Positions 40,101-51,559 of a DNA stretch of 64,000 nucleotides are shown here, piece after piece (the stretch's first letter is position 1; each line of letters opens with the position of its first letter). A program made the position numbers and the translations under genes. This stretch comes from Amoebidium appalachense (Eukaryota > Protista > Ichthyosporea): assembly GCA_963693365.1 (NCBI GenBank), contig CAVNZM010000003.1:5390472-5454471 (forward strand), given 5' to 3'. The notes beneath the pieces were generated by a model that searched no databases, was not told the origin of the DNA, and was given only the letters and a program-made list of their open reading frames with translations.

Positions 40101-42255
40101 GAGGGGGGTGAGATCTGTAATAATGTCACCATTACGGCTGTAGAGGAACGACGGGTGGTTGTCTGTATCGTCACAATGACCTAGGAGGCCGGCAGCTGAT
40201 GCCATGGAGGTAGACACGAGGAAAGACGGTGCCTCGGGTACGTAGTAAGCATTGATGCTGCACGGTGTTGGGTGGCCGTTGTAGTGCAGTGTCATGTTGA
40301 TGATGCCACGTTGTTTGGCATTGACTGTGCCGAGGACGTGAATGGGGGTGGGAGGACACGGGGTAAGGGAGGAGAAATACTCCTTGATGGGGCAGATGTG
40401 TGCATTACAAGCACTGTCCCAGACGGGGTCGTTACTGTCAGGTGTGCCGGTGGAGGAGATGAGTGCAAATTTCACACTCTTGTCACCTTTCTCCTGCTTG
40501 GCACGACGAGCAACTGTGCAGCCAGGCTCCGGGCATGCTGTGATGTGGTGGGGCTCATGGCAGTAGGAACACTTCACACTGTTGGTGTTGTGCTGTCGGT
40601 TACGGTTGTCCCTGTTACCACGGTGGTAAGGGGAAGTTGAACGGGGGCCGGGTGACTTGGAGGGAGGACGAGGATCACGGGAACGGGACGGGGAACGGTG
40701 AGGTGTATGCTCACGTCGAGGAGTACGGTTACGGAGGTCACCGGGGGGAAGCACTCTGCTCTGGAGTGCACGGAGGGGACGGTTGTTGACGGTTGCACCT
40801 GTGCCTGCGTCGATGAGGCCGGCACGGATTTCAGCTCCTCGGATGTCACTGATGAGCATGTTGAAGGACGGGTAGGCCTTGTTGTTCATCCAGTAGTCGG
40901 AGCAGAGACGTTCAATGTCGGGGCAGACCAGGGCTGTGTTCTTCCGGATGTGGAGGAAGAACTTACGTACGACATCCTTGTGCTGGACGGGTTCGTCGAG
41001 GCAGGCAAGTGTCGTAGCCAGACGTTGGAGACGGGTGAGGTATGCTGTGACGTTGGGGTAGTCTCGTAGTTCAAGCTCCTCGGAGGTGACTTGAATCTGG
41101 GTGACTCGGGCCTCCTTCTCTGCTACATACGCCATACGTAGGTTGTGGAAGACTTCACCACCGTGGACACCGTCTTGCATCCGGCCGGAGTCGTAGAGCT
41201 CGGTCGGGTGGACGGACTGGTTGAGGATCTGGTCGAGGACGTCGGAAGCTTTCTTGTAGGAGTCCTTGGTGGTGTAGCCTAGCCACTGGTTGGCTTCAGC
41301 GCCGTCAACCCACTGTGGCCTCTTGATAGCGTCAACGAATTTCTCGGCAATGGTGGTTCTAATGAACCGGTGAATGAGTGGCTCCCACTCGAAATAATTA
41401 AGACGTTTCTCGTCTCGTTTCTCGGACGGATTCCATATTGGAAGGTTGATATACGACGGTTTGTCAGTCATGATTGAAGCAGTAAGACTGAGAGATTTTC
41501 GCGGTTGTAGCGAGATTGTGTGTTAGCGTGCAAAGGGGCCGTAAACCTGTTATTTTGTGTGGGTAAACGGAGAAGCAGAGAGCACAGATGGGTGTTATGT
41601 AAAACACAACACAAAGACACACGGGAAAAACACAACCGGAGAGGAGGAACGATTTCTGGAACCATAGGAAGTGAATACGACTGCTTGTGATTTATTTCAA
41701 GATGAGGTCCCTTTTATACTTGGGAATGTGAAACGATAAACCAATCAAAAGAATGAAAACTATGAGTGTAAAATATATCGAATAAAATGTCTGTCGACAT
41801 TTAGAATATAAAACTCAATCCTCTAATGAAAGAAACTTCTAATAAAAGCACGGAAACATTTAATAAAATGAAACCACTTATGTAACTATTAATTCATAAC
41901 ATATATTTATACATGTTCTTATCATAACACGTCTAAATATAATTTTTCCTAATAGTTGAAGAACATAGCACAATGCTACGTCGTGGGAAAGGAATGAGAA
42001 AGGAATGTAAGTTACTATATTTGGGAAAATACAAACGAGATATGATTGGATGACATATATAGATTTTGACGCAAACGACAATACGTGTGCACGAGCTAAG
42101 TATGTCGATACGTACACAGATCTAAGATGTCGTGTACACGGAAACGGAAAAGAAAGAAAGAAATGAAGAAAGGAAAAGGAAACAAACTACAACAACTAAT
42201 AAATAAATACCAAACTCAACTTCTAAGTCTTGCTGAGAATTAAGTGAAGATGACA
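35867..42255 (-). mobile_element. Copia B: complete Ty1/Copia LTR retrotransposon inserted in the Copia A integrase
   Basis: 708-bp apparently identical LTRs (35867-36574, 41548-42255), TG...CA ends, 5-bp TSD gtgga (35862-35866, 42256-42260), PPT next to 36575, PBS-like ggtttacggccc next to 41547. Confidence 0.96.
37109..41471 (-). CDS. Copia B gag-pol polyprotein (Gag, PR, IN, RT, RH) with two frame breaks near G/C runs (about 39920 and 38540)
   Basis: CSYCHEPHHITAC, WDSACNAH, WHNRLGH, FDSGSEF, NGVVER, LYGLKQA, YVDD, YSDADFA, KHIAVRYH. Confidence 0.92.
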
Positions 42256-44340
42256 GTGGATGACAAGACCGGCATGATGTTTGTGTGGGTCCTGAAGGCA
42301 CGCAGTGACGCGCCTGCCACCCTGGCTGCCTGGGCCACCAAGATGGAGCGGCAGCACGGCCACAAGGTGCGCATCTACCGCACGGACGGCGCCGGCGAGT
42401 TCAAGTCGCGGGCCTTCCAACGTTTCTGCATCAGCAAGGGCATTGTGCATCAGATGGTGGTGGCCTATGAGCATGGCCAAAACGGTGTGGCTGAGCGCTA
42501 CATCTACACGGTGGTGGACAGGGCCCGGGCCATGATGGCATCTGTGCCGGGCTTCCCCCAAAACCGCTGCCCCGAGACCGTCAGTACGGCGGTGCTGCTG
42601 ATCAACATGAGCCCCCACAAGGCCGTGTCTGGCATGACACCCTGGCAGGCATTCTACAACCAGGTGCCTGATGTGTCCTACCTCCGTGCCTATGGCTGCC
42701 TGGCCTACCCCGCCATCGCCACGGAGCAGCGCGGCAACAAGTCGGCACCACGCGCCCAGCGAGGCATTCTGATTGGCTACGGGGAGGAGACCAAGGGCTA
42801 CCGCATCCTGCTGGTCAACCCCAACGGCAGTTTCGGTTCAGTGGTCGTGAAGAGGAGTGTGCAGTTCAACGAGGGTGCAACCCTAGTGAAGGGCACGCCC
42901 ACTGCCCTCAACCCGAGCATGGCCACCAGCCGGGCTGCACCTGGCCAGACTAGCACAGATGACCCATTTGTTCAGGAGGAGCACACAAGCACGGGTGAGG
43001 AGGCATGCAGGGACACCGACCCTGCCAGCACTGTGGCCACCACGGCCACAGACACCAGCAACGACTGCAGGAACAGCAGCGACAGCGAGAGCGAAGATGA
43101 GGAGCCAGCACATTGTGGGTGCAGGCATACTCAAGCGCGTGCGTGTGGATTCGCCGCCCGCCAAATCTGCGCAGCCAGTGGCCAAGCGGGTGCATTTCAC
43201 CGACAGCAACGTGCCCAGCCACCAACTGCCTAGGGTGATACGGAGTGGACACGTGTTCAGCACCCAGCAGTACCTGGGCAACGGCAAGGGCACCGTGATT
43301 GAGGCCAAGGCGCTGGCCATGACTGCAGCTGCATCTGCGCTGGTGCACGGCAAGCAGCCCCTGCAGCCTGCACTGCTGGTGTCGGAGGTGCCCATCCCCA
43401 ACACCTACAAGGAGGCCGTGGTCTCAGACCATGCCACCATGTGGACGCAGGCATGTGATGCAGAGATCTAGATGGAGAAGCTGCGGCGCCACGGCACTTA
43501 TGTGCTGGTGCCACTGCCCGAGTGCCGCCGTCCATTCAAAAATCGCTGGGTGTATGACGTCAAGCACAACGGCGACAATGAGATGACCAATTTCCGGGCC
43601 AGACTGGTGGCCAAGGGGTTCAGCCAACGTCTTGGTGTGGATTTCACCGACACCTTTGCCCCCCACAGCCAGCCCGACCACCACCAGGTATTTGATCGCC
43701 ACTGCCGCAGCCCAGGGCCGGCACCTTAGCCAGTATGATGTAGTGCATTCCTCAATGCTGAGCTCAGCAAGGAAATCTACATGGCTCAGCCCGAGGGGTA
43801 TGTGGTGCCCGGCCACGAGCACCTTGCCTGCAGGCTGCACAAGGCCTGCGCCAGGCTGCACGTGCGTGGGGCGACACCTTCACAGCCGGCCTGGCCCAGC
43901 TGGGCTTCAAGCAGGCTGCAGCAGACCCCCTGCCTGTATCTGCGCGGCAAGGGCAAGCACCTGGAGCTGCTGGTGATCCACATCGACGACATGGTGACCA
44001 GCACAGCCAGCATGCAGGCAGCCACGAGACTGGCCAAGCAGCTGGGCACCATCTTTTCCATCAAGGAGATGCCACTGGCCGACTGCTTCCTAGGGGTGCA
44101 GATTGTGATCTGCAGGGAGCTCGGCACCATCAAGATCCACCAGGCTGCCTAGTACACTGCACGTGTGTTGGAGAAGTACGGCATGGCTGACAGCAGGGCT
44201 GTGAACACACCCATGACCCTCGACAAACTGAGCAAGGCCCAGTGCCCTGCCACCCCCGAGGAGATCAGCGCCATGGCGCCATATGTGGCGCTGTACCAGG
44301 GCATCGTGGGCGGCGTGATGTACCTGGCCAGCTGGACCCG
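42256..44340 (+). pseudogene. Copia A integrase core and RT, degenerate and truncated
   Basis: RTDGAGEF, QNGVAERY, ARLVAKGFSQ, IHIDD; stops and frameshifts; ends abruptly at YLASWTR. Confidence 0.88.
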
Positions 44341-44424
44341 GGATGCGGTGGTGCGATCGGAGGATATGTCCAACACTGAACGCCTGCGGAGAATCAACTT
44401 CTACAGAGAAACAGACTACCTGAC
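44341..44424 (+). pseudogene. ~85-bp fragment of another AP2-gene paralog
   Basis: DAVVRSEDMSNTERLRRINFYRETDYLT aligns with DAAVRSVEMSKTECLWRINFYRETDYLT at about 3914-3831 on the minus strand. Confidence 0.85.
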
Positions 44425-44599
44425 TGTTGGAATACGTCACTACGTATGACAGCAAGAGTCTTGAAGTATGTATGTGTCTTAGCTTTGTTTGTATTCGTGT
44501 CTGCTTTCCTTCTTTGCAGTGCTCTCTCCCTTTTCCCTTTTCTTTCTCTCTCTCTCTCTCTCTCCCCTCTCTCTCTCTCTCTCCCCCCCCCCCCCCCCT

Positions 44600-45295
44600 G
44601 TTGCAGGCCAAAGTGTCTTCCAGGCCAAAGTGTCGTCATCTCTAATTAAAATCCAGGTCGTCAAATTTGACTGGTCTAGGGGGAATATCGGGCAGGCCAA
44701 AATGCACACCCCCCCCCCCCCCACTACCCTGGGTGACAGGGGGGTCAGAGGGTTTGTGTGTGGTGGGAGAAACACAGTGTGGGCGGGGGGGGGGGGGGGG
44801 AATACAAAATCATTGTCTTAACCTTCCCCCCCCCCCCCCTACTATCCCGGAAACAGGGAGGGAGTGCAGGGGCGCAGGGGGGGTCAGGGTGTGTATATGT
44901 GGTTGGAGAAACACAGCGTGTGCACGGACCTGCACGGTCTGGCCTAGATGGCAAAATTGTCTCCCCCCCCCCCCCCCCCAGGGAAACAGGGAGGGAGTAC
45001 ATGGGTGGTAAGGTTGCAAATGTAAGGTTTACGCTGTATTTTATGGACCAGGTGTGTGTGTGTCATTCCCACACACACACACACACACACATCAGTGCCA
45101 GCGCATCCAGGCACGACATTATCATACTCTTTGACAGTGTATAGACTTAGTGTCCAATCATGTTATTGTATCGTGTGTGTGTGCACTGCACACACACTTC
45201 AATGTGTCAAACTAAACCACACCCAGACTTGTTATTGTATCGTGTGTGTATGCACTGCACACACACTTCAACGTGTTGAAATATACTACACAAAC
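44600..45295. repeat. Cluster of short direct and tandem repeats, possibly a DNA-transposon subterminal region
   Basis: caggccaaagtgtc at 44604 and 44621, diverged ~135-bp units containing ggagaaacacag and gaaacagggaggga, and a 69-bp tandem duplication at 45161-45290. Confidence 0.6.
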
Positions 45296-45422
45296 AAACT
45301 TATACACACATACACAGTGAAGAGCGAGCAAAGGTTTTGGAGAAAAAAAAACTGAACACCTGTCTTTACCATACCCGTTATAGATACCATTTACTTTTAC
45401 CATTAACATTTAAGGCGTTCGA

Positions 45423-47553
45423 TTATTTTCTACCTCGGCCCCTGCCCTTTCCCCTGCTGCCACCGGAAGCGCCGCCACGGCCCTTCACTGGCTCTCCTGT
45501 GACAGATTTGGTCACCTCCGTTTTGGACTTTTTCTGCGTGTGTGCATCCTCGTCCCTTACTTCCCCATTCCGTTTGCCGTCACCAGCTTCCTTAGTTGGA
45601 TCTGACGGGGATGTAACGGGGATATGCACAGGCGGGGCGGCCATGGCATCCAACATGTCATGCGCAGCTGATGCATTCTCCTCTCCGGTCTCTTGTGTGT
45701 CTGGGGGGGCCTGGCCAACAGGGACATCCCGTGTTCCCTCCACCAACACAACACACGACTCCACCTTGGGCAACCCAGCAATAACAGCGCGAGCGGCCCT
45801 GTTGAAGAACTCCTTGGTGGTTTGGTCTGGAAAGCAAAACAAAGTTAGTGTCATGGGTGAAGCACATATGAAAAATGTTATCCACAATAAAAACCTAAGT
45901 GTGGTTTAGTTTTTCTTATTACGTGCTCCGGAAATGTCAAGTAATACATATTACACCCAGTTTCCAAGCTCCTGGTAGGGGTCACGTACCCTGTTGCCAG
46001 CCAAAGAACACTGGGAAACGTCCATTCTGACGCGGTAGCACGACATGGTCCCCTGAGTGTGTCGAGAGCAGCGACAAAATAGACGTCAAAGTCCTTACAG
46101 CTCCATTTTCGTGGGACTTGGCCTTTATGGTTGTAGTGATTGGTGAACCACACTCGTGCACAGCCAAGGCAAGTGCATGCGAAACCATCGCAAACAACAA
46201 AACACCGTGTTCCTCGTCGCCAGTGGGGCCTTTTGCCCACCACGTCCATGGGAAGCTAATCACACCACGCCGGTCTTGGAAATGGTCCGTCACCTGATAC
46301 AAACATGGCATAGCGGTTAGCATAACATGTGCCTTAAAGAAAAAAAAAAACCGTACGCACCTGGAATGCCATCAACAAGCACAACTTGCGGAGGCCGTAC
46401 TAGAGCACACATAATTAGTGTATGAAAATCAGTGCAATGCAATGCTTACATAATATTTGACGCTATCCATCGTCATTATGGATACTGTTGCCCCCCCCCC
46501 CCCCCCCCCCCTCCCCCCCCCAACCCAAAAAAAAAAACACTCCCTTCCTTCCACCCTAAAACATGCAACTCACCAGCTTGCCCATGATCTTCACAACGTA
46601 TGGGCCCTCCTGCGGCGTCACCGAAAACAGTAGGGGGATTGTGCTGTTGGCGTCAATGTGCAGCGCACTGAGCAGCTCCACAGGGTGTGCAACACACGTG
46701 TCTGCATCCAGCACCGCCTCGCCATGTGCATTTGTCTTGCTGCCCATGCTCGGCAGGCCCAGCAGAAGCACGTGGGGCGGGGGAGGCATTGGCGTCGGCA
46801 GCGTATGACCCTACCAACACTTCTCTGCCGTTGTCTTCCACCACGGCCAACCCCAACTGTGAATCGTAATATATGATCACTACACAAACACACACATACA
46901 TAATGCAGCATGGTGTCAAAACCCGGTATTCCCATTATACATCAGACCACCATCCACGAAACAGCTTGTTCAAACACCCAAACATATGTCCTGTGGAAAC
47001 AAACCGTGTGTGCATAAATTGAAACACACAGACAATGTGCAACATGCACTCACCGGGGCTGATGCTGCCAGCATGGCATTGCCTTGAAAAGTATCTTTCT
47101 TGGGGGCAGATGGTGCACTGTCATCCACCGCCATACCCTCCTCCCCGCTCTTTCTCTCCTCCATCCTCCTGTTCTGCGTCACCTCCAGCATCATCATCCT
47201 CTTCCTTGTCGTGGCGGGATCCCTCCTGTGCTCGTGTCTCTTCCATTGCGCTACCCTCCAAGTCATCACTCGCATCACTCACGACATGTTCAGCAATCGA
47301 CAGCTTAGCGGCGGGCTTTCTGGAATGTGACCTGGACTCGTTTGCCGGTTTCTTGGGTGTGGGTTGTGGGTCCGAACTGTCCGCTACTTTTTCCTTTGAG
47401 TCGGCGGGCTTTCTGGAATGTGACCTGGACTCGTTTGCTGGTTTCTTGGGTGTGGGTTTTGGGTCCGGTACCGGACTGTCCGCTACTTTTTTCTTTGCGT
47501 CGCTGAACCCAGTAAGGGTCAATGAAGTCCACGAATCCAGACATTGTGCGACC
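45423..47553 (-). CDS. Spliced gene of unknown function, 5' end cut off by Copia E; at least one frameshift near 47140
   Basis: Phase-compatible exons 46399-46361, 46293-45990 and 45826-45423, plus upstream exons at about 46810-46574 and 47553-47054. In-frame ~93-nt tandem duplication (PTPKKPANESRSHSRKPA twice), acidic tract, GR-rich C-terminus. Confidence 0.65.
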
Positions 47554-47630
47554 CTGCGAGATAATGTTGTTAGATGGGCTACGAGATATCAATGAATGTG
47601 ATATGCTGCTTTTGTTTTTTGGTTTGTATG

Positions 47631-50600
47631 TGTTAAATTCTATAAGTATTTAGGATGTAAGCAGAGACACAGTGGTGCAGTGTGAAAACACCACAGACAC
47701 ACACAACAACAAAACACGGAACGATCGGAGCAGTGTACACAACAGACATCAATGTTTAGACACGACTGAACTCAATTTATTTTGATCGCTAATAAATACC
47801 TGAAATTCCCTTAAGTTAAATCCATACATGATTTCCGACCAGTCGGAAATCAGATCTATGTCTAAAATAACCAATCATAATTAACTGATTATTTCCCGGA
47901 TAGATCCGGAGACGCGGGAACACACACCATAGGTCACAGCTATAAGAAAGAAAAGAGGTGAAGAGTAACGAGGAAAGAGGGGTGTTTCAACCTTCTCGGC
48001 ACAAAGACTCAGACATTTTCTACTAAGTCCCTGATTGGATATAGTCGGCACACACAAAACAAAAGTGGTTGACTAAGCTATGAATCATACCTGACAAGCT
48101 AAAGTGTAACCTAAGTGTTTTTCTACCAATCAAAACATAACGAGTAATATAAATCTACTCAACGTATATTAGTGAGAGAGAAATATAATTAAATGAAAGG
48201 AAACAAGAGAAGAAAGAAAGAGAAAAGAAAAGACGAAGAAAGAGGAAAAAGAAAAGAAAGCAGGACAGAAAACACGAACAGCAAAACACAGTTATAACCG
48301 AAGATATTCATGTACACATAACATGTACACGTGTCTCCCTCACTGGGTAGACTCGTGTACCTATAATCAGTTGCTGTAATCGATATCTAAACACACGAAT
48401 ATAGCCGACACAACACGATTACAAGTACTCAAATACACTGGAGATCGATGTCATAATTTACGTACAAGGAGCACATCTTTTTCATTAAGTAAATGAATGA
48501 AAACATAACACGAACTGAGAAGATCTTACAATATGTAAATACTACGTATTATAACATCCCCACTTAAGACTTTGAAGTTTGTGTTATCATATCCCCACTG
48601 AACTAGTGAAATCTCCCCACTTGAGAACAGAAACGGAAAAAAAAAAAATTAAAGTGTGTACTTTTCCCGGGGGGGGGGGGGGGGGAGAAGGGGGGGGGGG
48701 AGGGGGGGGGGGGAAGGGGGGGGGGAAGGGGGGGGGGGAAGGGGGGGGGGAGGGGGGGGGGGGAAGGAACCGGGGCAAAAACAACGAATATATATAACGT
48801 GTATAGGCGGTGTTTGATTAACTGGGTTTTAAACCAGTGAAAGATAGAGTAGAGTGATGGTACGGGTCAAACCTTATATATAAACCCTAAGTGGGCATAC
48901 CCACAAAGGCAATACATATGATATAATGATGTTGATAAAGTAAGTAGTACACATGAGAAAATCACTCTTGAAGTAGGTCGGGTCAATCCACAATATCCGG
49001 TAAACAAAGTCGAGCACGATGGTGGACATGACTCGGGCTGGGGAGGGGTTTGGTGAGTATGTCAGCTAAGTTGTGGGCTGACTCAACGTAGTGGACAACC
49101 ACGTCCCCACTGGCAATGTAGTCCTTGGTGTTGTGATACCGGACGGCAATGTGTTTGGTACGGTGCTTGATGCCGGTGGAGTTGACGATGGCAATGGTCG
49201 ACTGGTTGTCACAGTACACCGGAGTCGGAGCAAGCATGGGACAGCCGAGTTCCTTGAAGAGGTCACGGACCCAAGCAACTTCTTGGGTGCCAGCATTGAG
49301 AGCAATCAGCTCAGCTTCAGTGGTGCTGGTGGCCGTGATGGGCTGGAGCTTGGAGTACCAGATGACGGGCATACCAGCAAACACGATAATGTAGCCGGTG
49401 GTAGACTTCTTGCTGTCGGCACAACCAGCAAAGTCAGCATCCGTGTAGCATTCGAGTATGGGGGACTGGGTGGCCGAGTACTTGTAGTCAATGCCAAGGT
49501 CAATGGTGCCGAGCAGGTACCGGGCCACACGACGGAGAAGGTCCCAGTGAGTCTTGCCGGGGTTGGTGCTGAACCGACCAAGGAAGCCGATGGCGTAGGC
49601 AATGTCGGGACGTGTGCACCGTGCCACCCAGAGGAGACGGCCGAGTAACTCACGGTAGGGCACGGTGAACGGTTGGGGGGGGCAATCAGCCAGGGAGACG
49701 GTGGTGCCTGCAGGGATGGGGGTAGACTTGGACTTGGCATCGGTGAGGTTGAAGTCGTGGATGATATCCATGATGTAAGACCTCTGGTGCATGTGGAGGT
49801 GATGGGGATCAGAGTGATTAAAATCAACACCGAGCATACGGTCAAATGGACTCATACGACAGCTGGCCATCTTGCTGATGTGGGCAGCCAGGTCACTGGC
49901 AGCAGTAGAACCCCGGGTGTTGGTGATGGTGGAGTCATCGACGTAGTTACCAGCCCGTACCACATCGTTGTTGGGGAAGAACCGGAGGTAGATGCACGGG
50001 TCGGTCTTAGTACGGGTCAGGCCATGGGCAAGAAGAATGCCGTCGAGGAAGTCGTACCAAGCCTTGGAGGCTTGCTTGAGGCCGTACAGGGCTTTCTTGA
50101 GTCTCCAGACCTTGCCAAGTGTGGCCATGGTGATGAATCCCGGGGGTTGTTTCATGTAGATGGTCTCGGTGAGTGGGCTGTTGAGAAAGGCCGTAGACAC
50201 GAGAGTATTCATGACCTTCAACACGCCAGAGCAGGAGGCGGGAGCAGGGAGGATGAAGGGCCTCAATCAACTCATAGTCAACACCGTACGACAGCGAGCA
50301 CACCACGGCGACTTGTTCACCAGCCGAATGGAACAATCCACTTGAAGCCGACGATGTTAGCACCAGGGGAGGGTCAACAAGTTCAAAGATGTTTTTCGAC
50401 GAAGCGAACTCAGCAGTCAGGGCGACGACCTGATCACCATTGGTCCGGAACAGAGTGACGGACAAGTTGGGTAGTGGTCGATGATGGGGGGACCGGGGGG
50501 ACTGGCAGGGTGGTGGTGGCGAAGTCCACCTTGCCCTGGAGACGGGCAGAACGACGGGGTGCAGGAAGGGGGTAGGTGGAGACGGTGGGGGGGGAACTTG

Positions 50601-51350
50601 GAAGTTCGGAAGTGCAGGGGGGCAACCTCCGGGCTGGACGGGGCCGAGTGGAAGTTGTCGGGGGAGCCGGGTCGGATGGGTGTGACGTTGCAGGGGCAGG
50701 AGAGGTCGGCAGGCTGGACGGGCAGGGGGAGGGGGGCCGGTGGGGGGGTGTGGGGGAAGAGATGGCAGGAGGGGGCCAGGTACACCAGACACACAAGTGT
50801 CAACTGTGGGGGTGGGGTGGTGAGGAATGTGTGGGGGTGGAAGGTATGGTCGGAGAACGTCAAACGGAAGAGGCCGACAGATGGGTGGTGGCATGAGATG
50901 GTAGTTAGAAGAGCGCACAGAGTGGGGCAGCTTGAGGGAACAGGCAGGGGACGCACAAGGGAGGCGGATTGGAGGCCCAGCCCACAGTTGGGAAAATGAG
51001 AGAGGAGGCAGGCGAGGACCCCGTCCCAGCCATGAGGCGCCACCGGCAGCGCCTGATGCCCTGGGAGAGGCAACAGAGAGGTGAACCAGAGCCGGACTCG
51101 GAGGGCGGGGCCGAGGGGTGGAGAAACAGGGGGTGTAGCGGCCAGGGTAGATGGAGGCCAGAGGCACCGCAGACAGGAGAGCCGCCTCCGTACGATTGTG
51201 GTAGGCTCAAAAAAATCCCAATGCCATCAGACCGGGGAGTTGGAGTGAGGACCCCGAAGTCCCACAGGACAACAGGAAACAAGGAGGAAGAGGAGGGAGA
51301 CAATAAAAAGTCAACCTAGAGAGTGCAGAGGAGGGAAAGGAGTGGCAGCA
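47631..51350 (-). mobile_element. Copia E: partial copy of the Copia C family (3' LTR 47631-48556, RT-RH, degraded integrase)
   Basis: LTR homologous to 51560-52491, PPT next to 48557. Sequence becomes deletion-riddled beyond about 50200. Confidence 0.88.
48983..50200 (-). CDS. Copia E RT-RNase H, partial
   Basis: LYGLKQA, YVDD, YTDADFA, KHIAVRYH; a few substitutions relative to Copia C. Confidence 0.88.
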   Translation of the reverse strand: MSTAFLNSPLTETIYMKQPPGFITMATLGKVWRLKKALYGLKQASKAWYDFLDGILLAHGLTRTKTDPCIYLRFFPNNDVVRAGNYVDDSTITNTRGSTAASDLAAHISKMASCRMSPFDRMLGVDFNHSDPHHLHMHQRSYIMDIIHDFNLTDAKSKSTPIPAGTTVSLADCPPQPFTVPYRELLGRLLWVARCTRPDIAYAIGFLGRFSTNPGKTHWDLLRRVARYLLGTIDLGIDYKYSATQSPILECYTDADFAGCADSKKSTTGYIIVFAGMPVIWYSKLQPITATSTTEAELIALNAGTQEVAWVRDLFKELGCPMLAPTPVYCDNQSTIAIVNSTGIKHRTKHIAVRYHNTKDYIASGDVVVHYVESAHNLADILTKPLPSPSHVHHRARLCLPDIVD

Positions 51351-51559
51351 GAGCCAAGGAAAGAGGCGGGAAGAGGCACACGGAGCGCGGAGAAAGAGAC
51401 AGAAAATTAGTAGGAGGAGAACGAAAAAACCCCACAAAGCAACCCAGCGCCCCCCGCCGGCAAAACCCAAAGAAACAAAACACCCTTACTCACCCCCCGA
51501 GGATGCAGATGGGTGGTGATGATTTTTTTTTCTTAGATCTTTTCAGTTTGTGTTGTATC

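Larger units (their letters stand above)
27692..44340 (+). mobile_element. Copia A: degenerate Ty1/Copia element, 3'-truncated, hosting the TRIM, LINE, hAT MITE and Copia B
   Basis: Putative 5' LTR TG...CA at 27692-27847 plus 33004-33416, PBS-like ggttttgtgcc at 33417, then fragmented gag-pol. No RNase H or 3' LTR, so LTR limits are tentative. Confidence 0.8.
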
